In this document: piece after piece, positions 24,967 to 39,190 of the stretch | Layout: each line of letters opens with the position of its first letter | Position numbering within the stretch: position 1 is the first letter of the stretch | Source of the DNA: Octopus sinensis | Lineage: Eukaryota | Length of the DNA stretch: 64,000 nt | Direction: 5' to 3' | NCBI RefSeq assembly: GCF_006345805.1 | Contig: NC_043016.1 | Location: 27,714,001 to 27,778,000, forward strand | Notes under the pieces: model-generated | Told to the model about the DNA's origin: nothing | The model's input: the letters and a program-made list of their open reading frames with translations, nothing else | Databases searched by the model: none | Translations under genes and position numbers: made by a program

Positions 24967-26703
24967 ATATATCATCATTATTTAACAGCCACTTTCCCAT
25001 GCTTGCAGGAATCAGACAGAATTTGTTGACAAGTTTTCTATGGTCATATACTTTTCTGGGTGCCAGCCCTCACATGTTTCTAAGTAAGGTAATATTTTCC
25101 CCATATCTAGATATGTTTTTCACAGAAGATTGGAAATGGACAACCTCACTTTTTACCCAGGATGCTACATGGTGAGACTGAATCCAAGACCACATGGTTG
25201 GGAAGCAAGCCTCTTAACTGCACAGCCACACACACACAATCATATTAGAAAATTATAAAAAGAGAATCTTCAACACAAATCAACAAAACGAAAATATTAA
25301 AATTTATATAGCAGATCAAAAAAATTTTTTCTATATATTTTTTTTTTTAAACATCCCAAGTTTTGGTGACATTTATTGCATTTTCCCTTTGTTTTATTTA
25401 CAAAAGCAAAATAAAAAATAAAAACAAAGAATTATTAAAAAAAAAAAGAATGTAAACTGAAAAACAGGAATATAAAAGCAAAATAAATTTTGAATTTAAG
25501 AACAAAAGAATTAAATACCAAGGATTAGACTTCAAATATGAAAGAGATGTAATAATAATAATAATGAGTATATAAAACAATACTAATGTTTTTTTCATGT
25601 TTTTTGTTTGTTTTTTTCTCTTTTTTTTTGTCCACTAACAACCATAGGTGAGAAATGTGATTTGTGACATGAAGATAGTTTAAGGTTGGGGTAAAAAAAA
25701 AAAAAATGCCAATAGGTTATAAATGCTGTAGCTAAACTGAGACAGGGAGAAATTTCTTTAGATCGTCATCATCATCAAAACCATTGACCTAGACCAGAGG
25801 AACATTAGAACAGAACTGTTTTTACTATAAACATCCCTCCAAGTTTCAAAGCAGCAGTGTCATGGTGACAAACCGTTTTTTTATTGTTTTTGTATTGCAG
25901 ATTTAAGAAATATTAGCTTGACAAAATGTCTGTAATTTTAACACACTCTCTCTTGCTCACACACACAGTTATGTATAATATGTATATGACAATACACTCA
26001 CTTCTTCCCTGCTCCAAGTTTCTCACTTTTGTTTTTGTCCAGCAAAAACAGAAAATGAATAGAACAAACTTACAAAAGCAGAAAACTCAGAGTAGTGATA
26101 AAAGTAAACCAACTTTAAACAAATAAATAAAGGGCACTGTTTGTAGTCAGTACTTTTTCCAACCATTTGTTAAATCAAAAGCACAGACACAATTTCTTTT
26201 AAAGCGATTGTTTTCTATTTGAAATTCTAAATAGATGACAAAGAAAGAAGAAAAAAAAGTACACTTAGAAAAATTTTAATTCTTACACAAAATTCCTCGA
26301 CTTTTAGAAACTGTTTTCTTCCATTTTACTCACTCACATTTTCAGGGTCTTTCACATACAAAAAATTTTTTTTTTTTAAAACTCACAACCACAATGTTTC
26401 AAATTATAAAATTAAAAGATAGAAATCTGAATGAAATTCAAAACATAAATACACACACGCACATTTTACAAATACGAGAAAGAGTACTCCATACACAAAG
26501 CACTCAACTGCACACACACACACACACAGATGAGAGGGTATCAATTATATGCATATGGTTTGTTCAGTTCGTTAATACAGGATGATAAGTTCCTTTTTAA
26601 TTGTTAGTACAAATGATTAAACAGTGTATCAATGGTAGCTAAACAAAATTTTATTATTGTAATGAAACACCCCCATGAACAGCAGTTACATAAACATATT
26701 TAA

Positions 26704-26924
26704 CCCTTTAGTGTTCACATTATTCTGCCAAAATTAATGCTTCTTTATCCACATTGTTTTGAACTAATCATGCATTATCTTGTAGTTATGAGATTTTGAT
26801 GCGGTAGCTGTTCATTTTTAAGATGGTATTGTAGGGTTGGTGTGAGAGACAAGATCTGGCTAGTTTGAACATAAAACAGGCAGAATACTTTTGGCCAGAT
26901 ATGGCCAGTTTAAATGCTAAAGGG
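26704..26924. mobile_element. piggyBac-type MITE
   Basis: TTAA|CCCTTTAG ... CTAAAGGG|TTAA. Confidence 0.8.
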
Positions 26925-27012
26925 TTAAAGTTTTTTTTTTTTTACTGGCTCAAAAATAAAAATAAATTATGTAACACTAAAGTATGTGTATTATATATAT
27001 ATATAAGTTATA

Positions 27013-27047
<35 letters not shown>

Positions 27048-27073
27048 GTGTATGTGTGTATGTGTGTGTGTGT

Positions 27074-27118
<45 letters not shown>

Positions 27119-30100
27119 TGTGTGTGTGTGTGTGTTCAAGTGAATATGCTTAATAGATCTCTAGCAAAAAAAAAAAAAATGCTTATGTAACAGAAACTAA
27201 AAATATCAATCAAACCAATTGCTTAATATCTATTTTTCTGTCACATTAAACAAGTTTAAATCTCTAAATTGTTTCAGCTTCAAAGCTGCAGTCATGCTGG
27301 GGCATCACCATTGGTTGTAGATGAGACTAATAAGCTTTGTTGAAAAGAGAAGTCACTTTTGTCAATACATATCTCTTATAAATCAGCATCATGATTATTA
27401 TTTTACAATATTGACAATGTATATATGTTTACATCATAAAAATTTAGAAACTTTGAGGGTATGTGAAACAATTCCTTTATAATAGTTAAGCTCAAAGTTG
27501 ATAAAGCTATAAATAATAGCATGTAAGCAGCTTTCGACTTTCTATTCAATGCTTTTTTTTTTAACCCAATATTTGTGTGCTATTATTTATAGCTTTATCT
27601 ACTTTGAGTACAACCATTTTTAATGGTATATTTTACATACATATAAATTACTTATAAAGTTTTAGGTTTAATTTGGTGAGAATATGAGAGATTCACAACA
27701 GGTGATGAATGTGGTAGTGAAACTGAAATTATTAAAGTCCTGATCAATCTGCTTTGTTCACAACTGACCAACCACACCTCAACTACATCCAGAATCTACA
27801 AGGTCATACAGTTAATAATAGGTTTACTCCATCAGTGTTGACCAGGGGCTAAAGAACAACAATAGCAATAGATAAACAGGAAGATACAAGAGACAGTGAA
27901 ATAGCAACTGGTTAACACTAGCCCACATTACTGCATTTAGGAGATTTACATTAAAGGTTCTTTACTAAGATGTTAGAAATATCTGGAACAATGAATCTAT
28001 TCATCTGATTACCTTATGTGTCTACTGGATCAGAAATGACCTGGAGTTATATACAATAACAACGAACTTGGTTTAAACCAAAACAATGTCCAAGGTGAGA
28101 CTAAATCTTTAAACACACACATATACAAACTAGATTATGTCACCTGCTGAATTTGAAAAAAAAAAAAATTGAAATTCATTTCCAATTTTCCAAATGAATA
28201 AAAAAAAATTCAATTAAAATATGAAAAATAAATTGAAAATCTTTCTTGAATTTAATCTTTATTTAAATTTTTCCTTCATTTTTTTTCTTCTTATGAACAT
28301 GCTTTAGATCCACCAGTAGAAATAAGAAAATATAAATTCTCACATTGTGTGTGTGTCGGTGCATGGCCTAGTGGCTGGGGTTTTGCACCTACAATTGCAA
28401 GATTGTGGTTTTAATTCCTGCCTAGCCATCAAGGTGGCATCCTTTGAATGCTAAAACAATGCAAGGGAATGCATTGTGACCAGCAGTATATAACATCTGA
28501 TAGTGTGGCCAATACAGTGAGATATGTATGTACTTGTGTGCTGTTCCTTATCTAAATATTCAGATAAACTAAGAAATAATATCTCACTAAAGTGAACAAT
28601 ATTCTGTGACAACTGACTATATGAAATCTTAGAATCAACAACAATTGGCAACTGAAATATATACTTTGATAAGAAGGAGACCACTTTTATTTTTTGTTTT
28701 CTTAATTTTAACAGGTTGGTTGGTAGCATGAAGTTCCTTTTTAGTCAATTTCATTTCATAAATTACAAATGAAAAAATATTAAGATTTTTCAAAAACTGA
28801 ACCCAAAATTTTGAAGAAAGCGAGTGATCTAAAAAGTATTTTTTTAAAAAATGGAAACTGAAAACTGGGAGACAAACCCTATCAATGCTTCCATTCTGAA
28901 GAACCATTCTTATGAGATACAAAATATAAAGAAAAAAACTTTAAAAAAAAAAAAAGTGATTTTAGTTTTTCAAATTCTGTATAAAATATCTCATTCTCAA
29001 TAGACAAGAAAAAATAAAGATATTTTCATGACTTTTTCTAACAATTATTTTGCATTTTCAATTTTCTATCCCTCTGACGTTTTGGAGAACAACTAGAGAA
29101 AAGGGGAAAAAAAATAAACAATAAAATATTGAATCTCCCATTTCACTGTTTCCTTCCTAAATTCAAAATTACTGGGGAAAAATATCATTTCAACAAAATC
29201 TTTTAAACTTCAAACCCCAAAATAACATTTTCCGTTTACTGACACAATCACAATTTGACACACTGCTGATAATGTTAAGAAAAATACTAAATTACCAGCA
29301 GTTGATTCTAAAACAGACACACACACACACAACGTTGGTCTGGTTACATGCATTATATTAGAATAAATGAATAGGAATGATGTATCATAATTATTAGTTA
29401 CAATCATTATCATATGAAAATTATTATTATCATCATTATTAAATAATAATACTAATAAAGGACAATAAGTCAGTAGAATCAGAAAGGGATTTACTAAATG
29501 CCTCTATATTTTTTTATTCATCTCAATGAGTTCAATTGATTCCAGAATTGACTTCACATATCACTAAAAAAAAAAAAAAAAACCCAGATAAAAACTGGGA
29601 AGAGATTGTAAATTGAGGTAGGGGCATAGTTGGTCTACTGAGATAAATTTTTTTTTTAAATCACCAAGAACAAACAAACCATATAAACTAGAAATGTAGA
29701 ACACTTTAATGTAAATTTGGAATTGAATTTAAAATGAAAATTAATTCTATTTAATATTCCCACAAACACACACACATACCTAACCAACCCGACTCCCTTC
29801 ATAACCCCTTTTGTATCTTACCTCACAAGACCTATAATTTACTTAACCCTATCCACCCTTTCTAAAGATTCAATTATCTGCAATCCCATTTGCACACTCT
29901 TTGCAAATGGTCACATATCTACCTAATTAATACCCAGTAAAACTTATCACTGCCATCATCATTGTATCAAATCCTATAAAAACAAAGGAATATGAAAAAA
30001 AATATTCATCGTAATTGGATTGCAGCCATGGAGGGGCATTACCACCTTGAATATTATTACATCAACCATTGGAACTTATTCTTATTGAGGCAGAGAGGTC

Positions 30101-33099
30101 ATATGAATTTCATAAGACAACTAAATATTTGATAATTTTCTATATTTCACAGCCTTAAACACAAGGTTTTAGTTTAGACAACCAAATATGAAAACAACTA
30201 CTTTTTCTTCTAGACCCATGTCACAGTAGTGTCTTCTAAATTCACTACTACAACACAGGAAACACCATAATCTTGTCAATTGCTCATAATAAGAGCAAAT
30301 GACAAAGAGTCACATACCTTCAAGGGAGACAATGCAAAGGTTGTAGGAAAAACTTTCCAATTCATAAATTATGCATTACTCTGCACACAGTATTAAACAA
30401 CACACATGCATGGAAATCATCATATGCACGTGGTGAGCAGCAAAAATCAAAACAATGACCTATATATTTATTCTTAATGTGTTCCATCAGATTTGAACAG
30501 AAATAGATTGTCTCATCACATAACTTGTGTGTATGTATATAATATATAATATAAAATAATATATAAATATATGCATATATACATACATATATGTACATAC
30601 CTACATCTACATGTATATATACATGCATATATGGGTACAGGACATCAAAAAAACGTACCTATATATGCATATATTTATATATTATTTATATTATTATATA
30701 ATCGAACGCCGCACATCCTTTTCCAAATAAGTTATGTATGTGTATATATATATATATATATATACACATGTATGTATGTAATATATATATAGATATACAC
30801 ATGATGGCTGTCAACTCATGACCAAGGAAGACCATTAAGAACACTGCATTTGGGCTCCAGTGAGGTCCTCATGAATGCTACTGGCAACATGGAATCCTGT
30901 ACAACCTGTCGCATGATCAGGTGATCAATGACTAAACCACTGCATCAAGCTAACCTGGTGAGGAGGGTTGCTAGAAACCCAGCAGGGATAAAAGTAAGAC
31001 CTGTCAAAAGGACGGAGGATGAACTCAGTGGAGGTTCAATGACTATCTAGCAAGAGTACAGACATTCCAGGTTGATGTCCAGTGTACGGCAAGACTACTG
31101 GGAATGAGACACCCTTCAGCTATAAGCATGTCTCCAGAAGGTCACTAATATAAAACAAGACACAGAGAATGGTACTGGACATTTTGGGAAAGCTTTCTGT
31201 TTGCACTCGAAATCATGGCGCATCACATTCCTGATCTTGCAACCCATATTGGCCCTAGACATCTTGCCTCAGCTTGTCTCATGGAGAGGGGGTTATGTGG
31301 TGCAAGCTTTATTGGATCTAAAATTTTGCACAAGCATTGCTATTTTGCACGGCCATTGAAGAATAATTATAACATCACACTTTTTACATACACTTATTCA
31401 AAGACGATAAGTATCACTTCCGAGTCTTTATACATATCTAACGGTTTGTACAAAACAAGAAACTGAATAGCAAAGGAATAAACTCTATATCATGTATTGA
31501 ATATTTTTCTCTCTTATTTCAAACATCCAAATATATGTATGCTCGCACACACACACACACACACCGGTGTGAATATACATAATACATAAATACACACACA
31601 CACACACAACTGTGTGAGTGTACATAGTACATACATAAATATAAGCACACATACATACTACAGACTCTCAACAGAAGGAAATTCTTCAACTTCTTGCTGA
31701 GCAACATCCACAGTTAATTTGTTTATAGTTATAGTCAAATGTTTGCACTGCATATCAGTTCCCTCCCTCCATCAAACTGACATTTGACAATACTTGTGCA
31801 CAAGTGATGACAAAGCAATAGGAAATGTGTTTTGCCAAAGAATAAAACACACCACTCAGTCTAGGAATCAAAACCATTATCTTGCGACTCCGAGTGCATC
31901 ACCCTAACAATTAGGTTTTAGGCCCAACATTTCTCATATGCATGTACGCGCACACACACACAAATGCATGAAATGTATGTATTATCCTTATCGTAATACA
32001 GTGGTGTATTTGGACCGTAGTCTTTATCTTAGTAGTTGCTGGAAGAAATGCCACTAAGCATTTGGGCCAACATACTCATGATTCTGCCAAGCCAATACCC
32101 TAGAAAAAATTTTTTTTAAACTTTCATGCATGTAAACAGCACATTCGTCATATGGATAACAGAAATCTTAAGTTCACAGATTAAATAAAGGGTTTAATTT
32201 GAAACTTTTAGAACATTACTAAATATGTCAGGTACCTCAATAAACATATATATATAATTCAGTCATATACAAACATAACTTATTCAGATACACACGCACA
32301 CAAACATATATACCCATACATTTTATTCGTATAATTGTTTCGGTCATTTGACTGCAGCCATGTTGGAACACCACCTTTTGTTGAACAAACTGACCCCAGG
32401 ACTTATTGTTTCTAACCCGAGTACTTATTCTATCTCTTTTCCTAAACTGCTAAGCTATGGGACATAAACACCAACACTGGTTGTCAAGCGATGTTGGGGG
32501 AACAAAGACAGACACACAAAAGCATTATATAGAGTTTATTCCTTTGCTATTCAGCATTATATGTGTATATATACACACACAATCAGTTTCTTTTAGTTTC
32601 CACCTACCAAATCTATTCACAAGGCTTTGACTGAACCCAGAACCATATGGTTGGGAAACTGGCTCCTTACCACACAATCATGCCTGCACTTCTCTCACAC
32701 ACACACACAAACATGTGCCAGTGGTACATAAAAGGGACCTTCTGAATGCAGTCAATGCCAGTGCCCCATGCCGGTGGCATGTAGAAAGACTGTATGTGCT
32801 GCCTGACTGGTTCCCATGCTGGCAGCACATAAAAATCACCCACTACACTCTCGGAGTGGTTGGTGTTAGGAAGGGCATCCAGCTGTAGAAACATCACCAG
32901 ATCAGATTGGAGCCTAGTGCAGCCTACTGGCCTGCCAGTTCTCATTCAGTCCGTCCAACCCATGCCAGCATGGAAAATGGACGTTAAACAATGATACACA
33001 CACACACATGTATGTGTGTGTAGATATATACACACATGTATACATGCACACATATAAACACATGTACATGTGTGTGTGTGCGTGCACACATACACACAC

Positions 33100-33650
33100 A
33101 TATATATATGCCTTTAGCACAATTAGAGAAGAAATTCCAGGTATGGAAACAAAGCCTGGAATCAAAGGGCCTTAAAGTTGTAGATAGTCTCTGTTCCATA
33201 GATGATCAAATTAGCAATGGTGGAGGAAGTTCAGAGAACTATTACCTCTGTTGGCAACAAAAGGACTCTCTCTCAGAGTGAAAGGTAGACTACATGATGC
33301 TTGTGTATGAACGGTAGCGAGAAGAGAAACAAAAGTAGTATGATCTGTTGGATATGCAACATCAGTGCACATATACAACAAAGTGAAATTGTATTAATAG
33401 AAGAGTTGGACATATGAGGAATCAAGCGTAGCATGCAAGAAAGAATATGTTGGTTTGGACATGTGATGCATATAAATAAGGACAGATACGTAAAGAAATG
33501 CCGATCAGTGAAAGTAGATGGTACCCACGGAAAAGGGAGACTTAGGAAGACTTGGGACAAAGTGGTAAGGACCAATCATAGAATGTTGGGCCTCACAGAG
33601 AAAACGACAATGGACCTAGATGTCTGATAATATGAAGCTCTTGAGAAGAA
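33100..33650 (+). mobile_element. RTE-like LINE 3' fragments
   Basis: QLEKKFQVWKQSLESKGLKV and CWFGHVMH..VDGTHGKGRLRKTWDKVV. Confidence 0.75.
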
Positions 33651-34129
33651 CTGCCCACATCAGTGAAACAGTTCTAAAAGCACTGGGTGTTCCACCACAC
33701 TTAAGAAAACTTTCCACACTCTACCACAACAAACTAAACTATGTCTCTACCTCTCGTCTTTTCCTCACATTTCCGCTTCATGTTCTATGATTACCTCCCA
33801 CACCCCAATCCTGTCCTGTTGGCCCTGTGCCACTGAATCATTGCTCTCAGCTTGTCCCCGACCTGTGCGTTATTGCCACCTGTTAGCTCGCAACATGGGT
33901 GTTCCATCCACATGTAACAAGAAAACTTTTCCCTCACCCTACCCAAACAAACCAATCTACACCCCCCACATCTCTTCTCTTTCACACATTTCCTCCTTCA
34001 TACATTATGCATAACTCTCGCTTCCCAATCCTCCCACCCATCCTTTTGTATCATTGGTATCCAGTCGCCCACCCCACCAGTCTATATATACCCAGGTCTT
34101 TCGCCACTTACTCGCATTCTTTAATCATA

Positions 34130-34740
34130 CATACATTTATGCATAAATATATATATACACATACACATGTATATATACACACAGATATACATACATATAC
34201 ACATATATATATATATACACACATATATACATACATATACACATATATATATACACATATATATACACATATATATACACACATATATATACACATATAT
34301 ATATATATACAATATATATACACATATATATACACATATATATATATAACACATATATACACATATAATATATATACACATATATATATATATATATACA
34401 CACACATATATATATATATATATATACACACACATATATATATATATATACACACACATATATATATATATATATACACACACATATATATATACACACA
34501 CATATATATATATATACACATATATATATATATATATACACATATATATATATATACACATATATACACACACATATATATATATACATACACACACACA
34601 TATATATACACACATATATACACACATATATATACACACATATATATACACACACACACACATATCACACACACACATATATACACACACACACACATAT
34701 ATACACACACACACACACACATATATACACACACACACAC

Positions 34741-34825
<85 letters not shown>

Positions 34826-34826
34826 T

Positions 34827-34881
<55 letters not shown>

Positions 34882-34890
34882 TATATACAT
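34130..34890. repeat. Long compound (TA)n/(CA)n array
   Basis: Direct reading; source of the 260-332 aa low-complexity ORFs. Confidence 0.97.
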
Positions 34891-35824
34891 AATTTAGTAG
34901 CTCAACCACAAACAGTGACATCACTGTCTTTAGCTATAGCTTAGCATAGTTTTGTAAACACACATACAGTCTTCTATTAGTTTCCAGCTACTAAATTCCA
35001 GTACAAGGTACTTGTTGACTTTGGGTTATAGTAAAAGACACAGTGCAACAGGACTGTACCAAAAGCCACATAGTTGAGAAGCAAACTTCTTAACAGTCAT
35101 ACCTGCATGTGTTGTTAGGAACAAGCCCCTCCCCACAAAATTAAGATATAATAATCCTTTTTGGGGAAAGGTGTGCTTGATTATATCAAGCATACCCCTC
35201 TCCCTAGTACTTGTTTTATGTACTTTGGTTTACCCCAAAAAGATAATCAATCTTGGCAGGATCTGAACTCGAGATGTAATTAAATAATGAAAAGGCATTC
35301 TGTGTCCAATGTTCTACCAAATGTATAATAAGCATTAACTGTCTTAGAAAATCCATTTGTGTGTGCGCACATGTGTGTTAGTGAGAATGTATGAATGAAA
35401 GTAAGTGTGTGTGTGTGTGTGTGTAATTTTGTTTTCAAACCCTAGGGAGCTCACTTTTAGAAAGAGATTTTCTAAACTACAATTACGCTTTTTTTGTCAT
35501 ACTGAGAAAAAGAAAAAAAATAATCTGTACAACATTTAACAGCACCAACAACAAGATTAAGACAAACTAAAGATATTTCTTGTTTCAATTGAATAAAAAA
35601 AAAAATAAACACATAAAAAAGAAAATGAAAAAAAAAAGTGAAATACAACATTATTTACATCTCATTTGAAACATCAGAGGTATTTTCCTCTTCCCAAGAA
35701 ATTTTCAGAGGATTTATGGTGACAACTGATTTTTAACCATAACAAAAGTCAGAGTTTAAAAAAAAAAAAAAAATATCTGTTGAAGCAGACAAAAAAAAGA
35801 AATGTATTTAAAATCCACAAGGTT

Positions 35825-35909
35825 TCAGATATCCATAACATCATCTTCAGTTGAAAAGTAAGACTTATAAATGTTTGATGTGTCTTGCACAGAGGTAAAT
35901 GGTAGTAAA
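35825..35909 (-). CDS. CCDC117: CCDC117-like last coding exon (LLPFTSVQDTSNIYKSYFSTEDDVMDI*)
   Basis: TCTTTTCTATTACAG| acceptor and TGA at 35827-35825. C-terminus STEDDVMDI* parallels human STEEEMEL*. Confidence 0.85.
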
Positions 35910-36697
35910 CTGTAATAGAAAAGATAAACAAATTGAAATAAACATAATGCAAGTGTTTTTTAAACAGTATCAATGAACAAATTTATAACAAGCAACTTAT
36001 AATCAGTGAGAAAGAGAGTGTGCGTGCGCGCATGCGCAAAAATGCTAAGCAGGAACTAATCTATATAACCAGTGTAATCTCAGGAGTGTACAAGAGATAT
36101 AGTATCATCAAAAACAGGACTTCATACAAGCAGATATGCTAGAGTACTTAGTTGTAGATACACTTATAAAATAAACTTTTTGAAATACTCAGAAGGCTCC
36201 TTAGAAGTAGTTGACAGGATCTGTTACCTACGTGATCTAATCAGCAGTTAAGGGAAGTAGTTTGAATACACAGTAGCCAAAGTATAGACTGTAATAGGCT
36301 TAATGAGTTATTACTTAAGTTGACGACAAAGGATCTCTGCCTCACACTCTGTCTGAGAAACTGGGAGATTGTATGATGATTGTGTATGAAGTGTGACATT
36401 ACATAGCAGCTAAACATCATCACGGAATATGTAATGGTTGGATAACAGAAATGAGACCAGCATGGTTTGCAGGACATGTAATGTTAGTGTAAATAATGGG
36501 TAAGGAAAAAACTGTGTATAAGAGGAATGTGATGTAAGGGAGTAGACAATACAGCAGGGATATGTTATGTGGAGAGACTATACGAAAAGATCTATCTGAC
36601 AACATACTCAGAAAACAGAAATATTTCAATTCACAATATTAATTTAGCTATAAATAATTAAAATTAGTTAAGTACAAGCATTAGTTGATCTACTCAC

Positions 36698-36868
36698 CTA
36701 ATATCTGGAAAATTTAAGGCACTTTTCGGTAATTCCTCCTGAGTTGGCTGGTCTTGAGTGATGTTGTTACTAGGAAAAGTATTTTCAGGAGATTGTTTTA
36801 CTACATTAGCCAAAACATCTGGTGGCCGCCACAATACCACATCTAGGCAAGGTTTTGGTGTTGAAATA
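36698..36868 (-). CDS. CCDC117: CCDC117-like exon 6 (ISTPKPCLDVVLWRPPDVL...ALNFPDI)
   Basis: TTTGTTCTTCTAG| acceptor, AG|GTGAGT donor, 171 nt. KPCLDVVLWRPP matches the CCDC117 signature RPSMELVLWKPLP. Confidence 0.88.
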
Positions 36869-37558
36869 CTAGAAGAACAAAGATCAGAAACACCAACTTA
36901 TGTGCTGTTACGAGAGATTACTAAATCAGCACATTTCATTACTCTTTAATACAAACGTTTATTATTTAGATCCTATATTTATCAACAAAATACATGTAGA
37001 CAATACAAATTGTATGATTAATTACATTAAATTAATGCAACTTTATCTTTAAAAATTCATACAACTTCTTTTAAATGTACTCTGTTATTTTTGGTTGAAA
37101 TAAAGTTTTGACATTTAAAATGATTGATATTTTTTAACTGATTTTCAAAAAACAAGTTTTTTCTTATAGAAAAAAAAAAATTCTTTCAAATATATATGTG
37201 TGTGTGTGTACTCACATACACATACATGCTTGCAAATATGCAGAGACAAGCACAGTTTGTTTAAATGAATTCTATTAAATTTTATATTTAATGCTCTTAA
37301 GAAAATCCAAGCAAAAAAATTTTCTACCAGTTAAGTAAAACTCAGAAACTGAACTATCTTTAAAATATTTCAAAGTGCAAAGCGATTCATTTAAGGAAAG
37401 AATAGAGTAAAGGAAAAATATAAAAAATAAAAGTTAAAATAAACTTATAAAAACAAAGTCCCAATAATTTTAAAGTCTTTATTAAACAAAATAAGATTTT
37501 TTAATTTTGCAATAAATTTTTTTTTCTCATGTTGTAGGGAGAAAATCCTGAGACTCAC

Positions 37559-37684
37559 ATTTCTTCAATAATTTTCCTTGGCAAGACATTTTTTGGAGCT
37601 AGTATATCCTTGCTAAGGTCTTCCCAAATATGAAGAGACCTTTTTGTTTTATTTTCAGAGCTTTCCTTTTCATCTTCATCAATT
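37559..37684 (-). CDS. CCDC117: CCDC117-like exon 5 (IDEDEKESSENKTKRSLHIWEDLSKDILAPKNVLPRKIIEE)
   Basis: TTCTTATATTCTAG| acceptor, AT|GTGAGT donor, 126 nt. IDEDE..SLHI..PRKIIE parallels human IIDEDEE..SLVL..KKMIE. Confidence 0.85.
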
Positions 37685-38886
37685 CTAGAATATAAGAAAA
37701 ATGTAACAACTTTAATTTCAAGAATATTACCAAGATTCTTACTAGATAGTTTATGAAAAAAGCAGAGGAAAATTTATAAATACTACTAAAATATAACTAT
37801 TTCAAATAGAACAACATATCACTAGATTGTAACTGTTGTTTAACCCCAGATCAAAGATGTTCCAGTCATGACCTTCCCATATTTTTCTCTAACTAGAACT
37901 ACACTGACCAGTTTTTTTAACAACAGCAATATGTGATTTTTGAGGGAGATCTAATTGGTTTGAGACTTCAGTCTCAGATGGAAAAAAAACGAAAAGAGTT
38001 TAATAGTTCACATTCTCTAGCAGTACACCTTACATGAGACTAAGACATCTTTAAATGTCTCTAGCTATTACTATGTATTATAGAAAAAGACATGGTGCAA
38101 ACAATTGTAAATAGTGAGAGCATTGGATATCTGATAAGTGTTTAAATAATTTCTGTAACACAATTTCAACTCTAGCAACATGATTTGCTGTAGATAGACT
38201 GTAGAAAGACCACATTGTTCCTTGGTGCTTCAATAGCTCATTTGGTTAAAAGATTCGCTCACATTATATTTACAAATGTTGAAAAATGAAAAGAAAGACA
38301 AAAGAAGAGAACTATAGAGATGAGAGGGGGTTAAGAGAAGCTAAGGATTAAAAGAGTGAGTGAAGGGGGAATGTGAAAGTAAAAACAGCCATTGATGAAG
38401 AGTGAAGTAGTTACTGTGCTATACACATTTACAAAGCTGCAGTAGTCAGAAGGAAAGGTATAAGTAAACTGATAACCACATAACTATAGATCATCATCAT
38501 ACATTCATTTACCATCCTGTCATGGTTAGATAGCTAAATAAAAACCAAGACTGGAGGATCACGTCTTGCAACAATGTTTCAGTTTTGGTATTGTTTCTAA
38601 AGCTGAATACCCCACCTAACACCAAGCACTTCATAGATGTATTGGGTCCTTGAGCAAGAGACACTATTTCATGTTGCTTGAGTCCACTCAGCTGGCAAAA
38701 ATGAGTAGTACCTGTATTTCAAAGGGCCACTCTGTGTCACAATGCTACTATAGAAATTACCTTGCTTTGACAAACTTTAAGAACCTTCTCAAACACTGCG
38801 CTGACTAAAGAGCTCCTACAAAAGAATGATGAGCTTAAGTGAGATGTCCAGAGCAGTTATAGTATGAACAGGAGTTTCATTGTGAA

Positions 38887-39190
38887 GGTGCATGGCTTAG
38901 TGGTTAGGGTATTCAGCTTTCAATTGCAAGGTTATGAGTTCAATTTCTCAGTGGAGCAAGACACTTTATTTAACATTGCACCAGACCACTCAGCTGGTAA
39001 AAGTGAGTAGTACCTCTATTTCAAAGGACCAGCCTTGTCAAACTCTGTATCACTCTGAATCTCTTTGAGAACTACGTTAATAGTACACGTGTTTGTGGAG
39101 TGCTCAGCCACTCGCATGTTAATTTAACAAGCAGGCAGTTCCATTGATCAGATCAGCAGGAACCCTCAGTGTTGTAACCAATGGAGTACC
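38887..39190 (+). mobile_element. tRNA-derived CORE-type SINE, family D
   Basis: TGGCTTAGTGG and GAGTTCAATT boxes, GAGCAAGACACTTTA core. Confidence 0.7.

Noticed and set aside
30800-31450. ATGGCG and ACTTCCG promoter-like motifs and an 83-aa ORF
   Set aside because: The sequence reads more like a LINE 5' region; the motifs are short and expected by chance.
33899-34924. ORFs of 174-332 aa (HTHIY/CVYI repeats)
   Set aside because: Translations of the TA/CA microsatellite; the same applies to similar ORFs at 2978, 3529, 14034-14465 and 26865.
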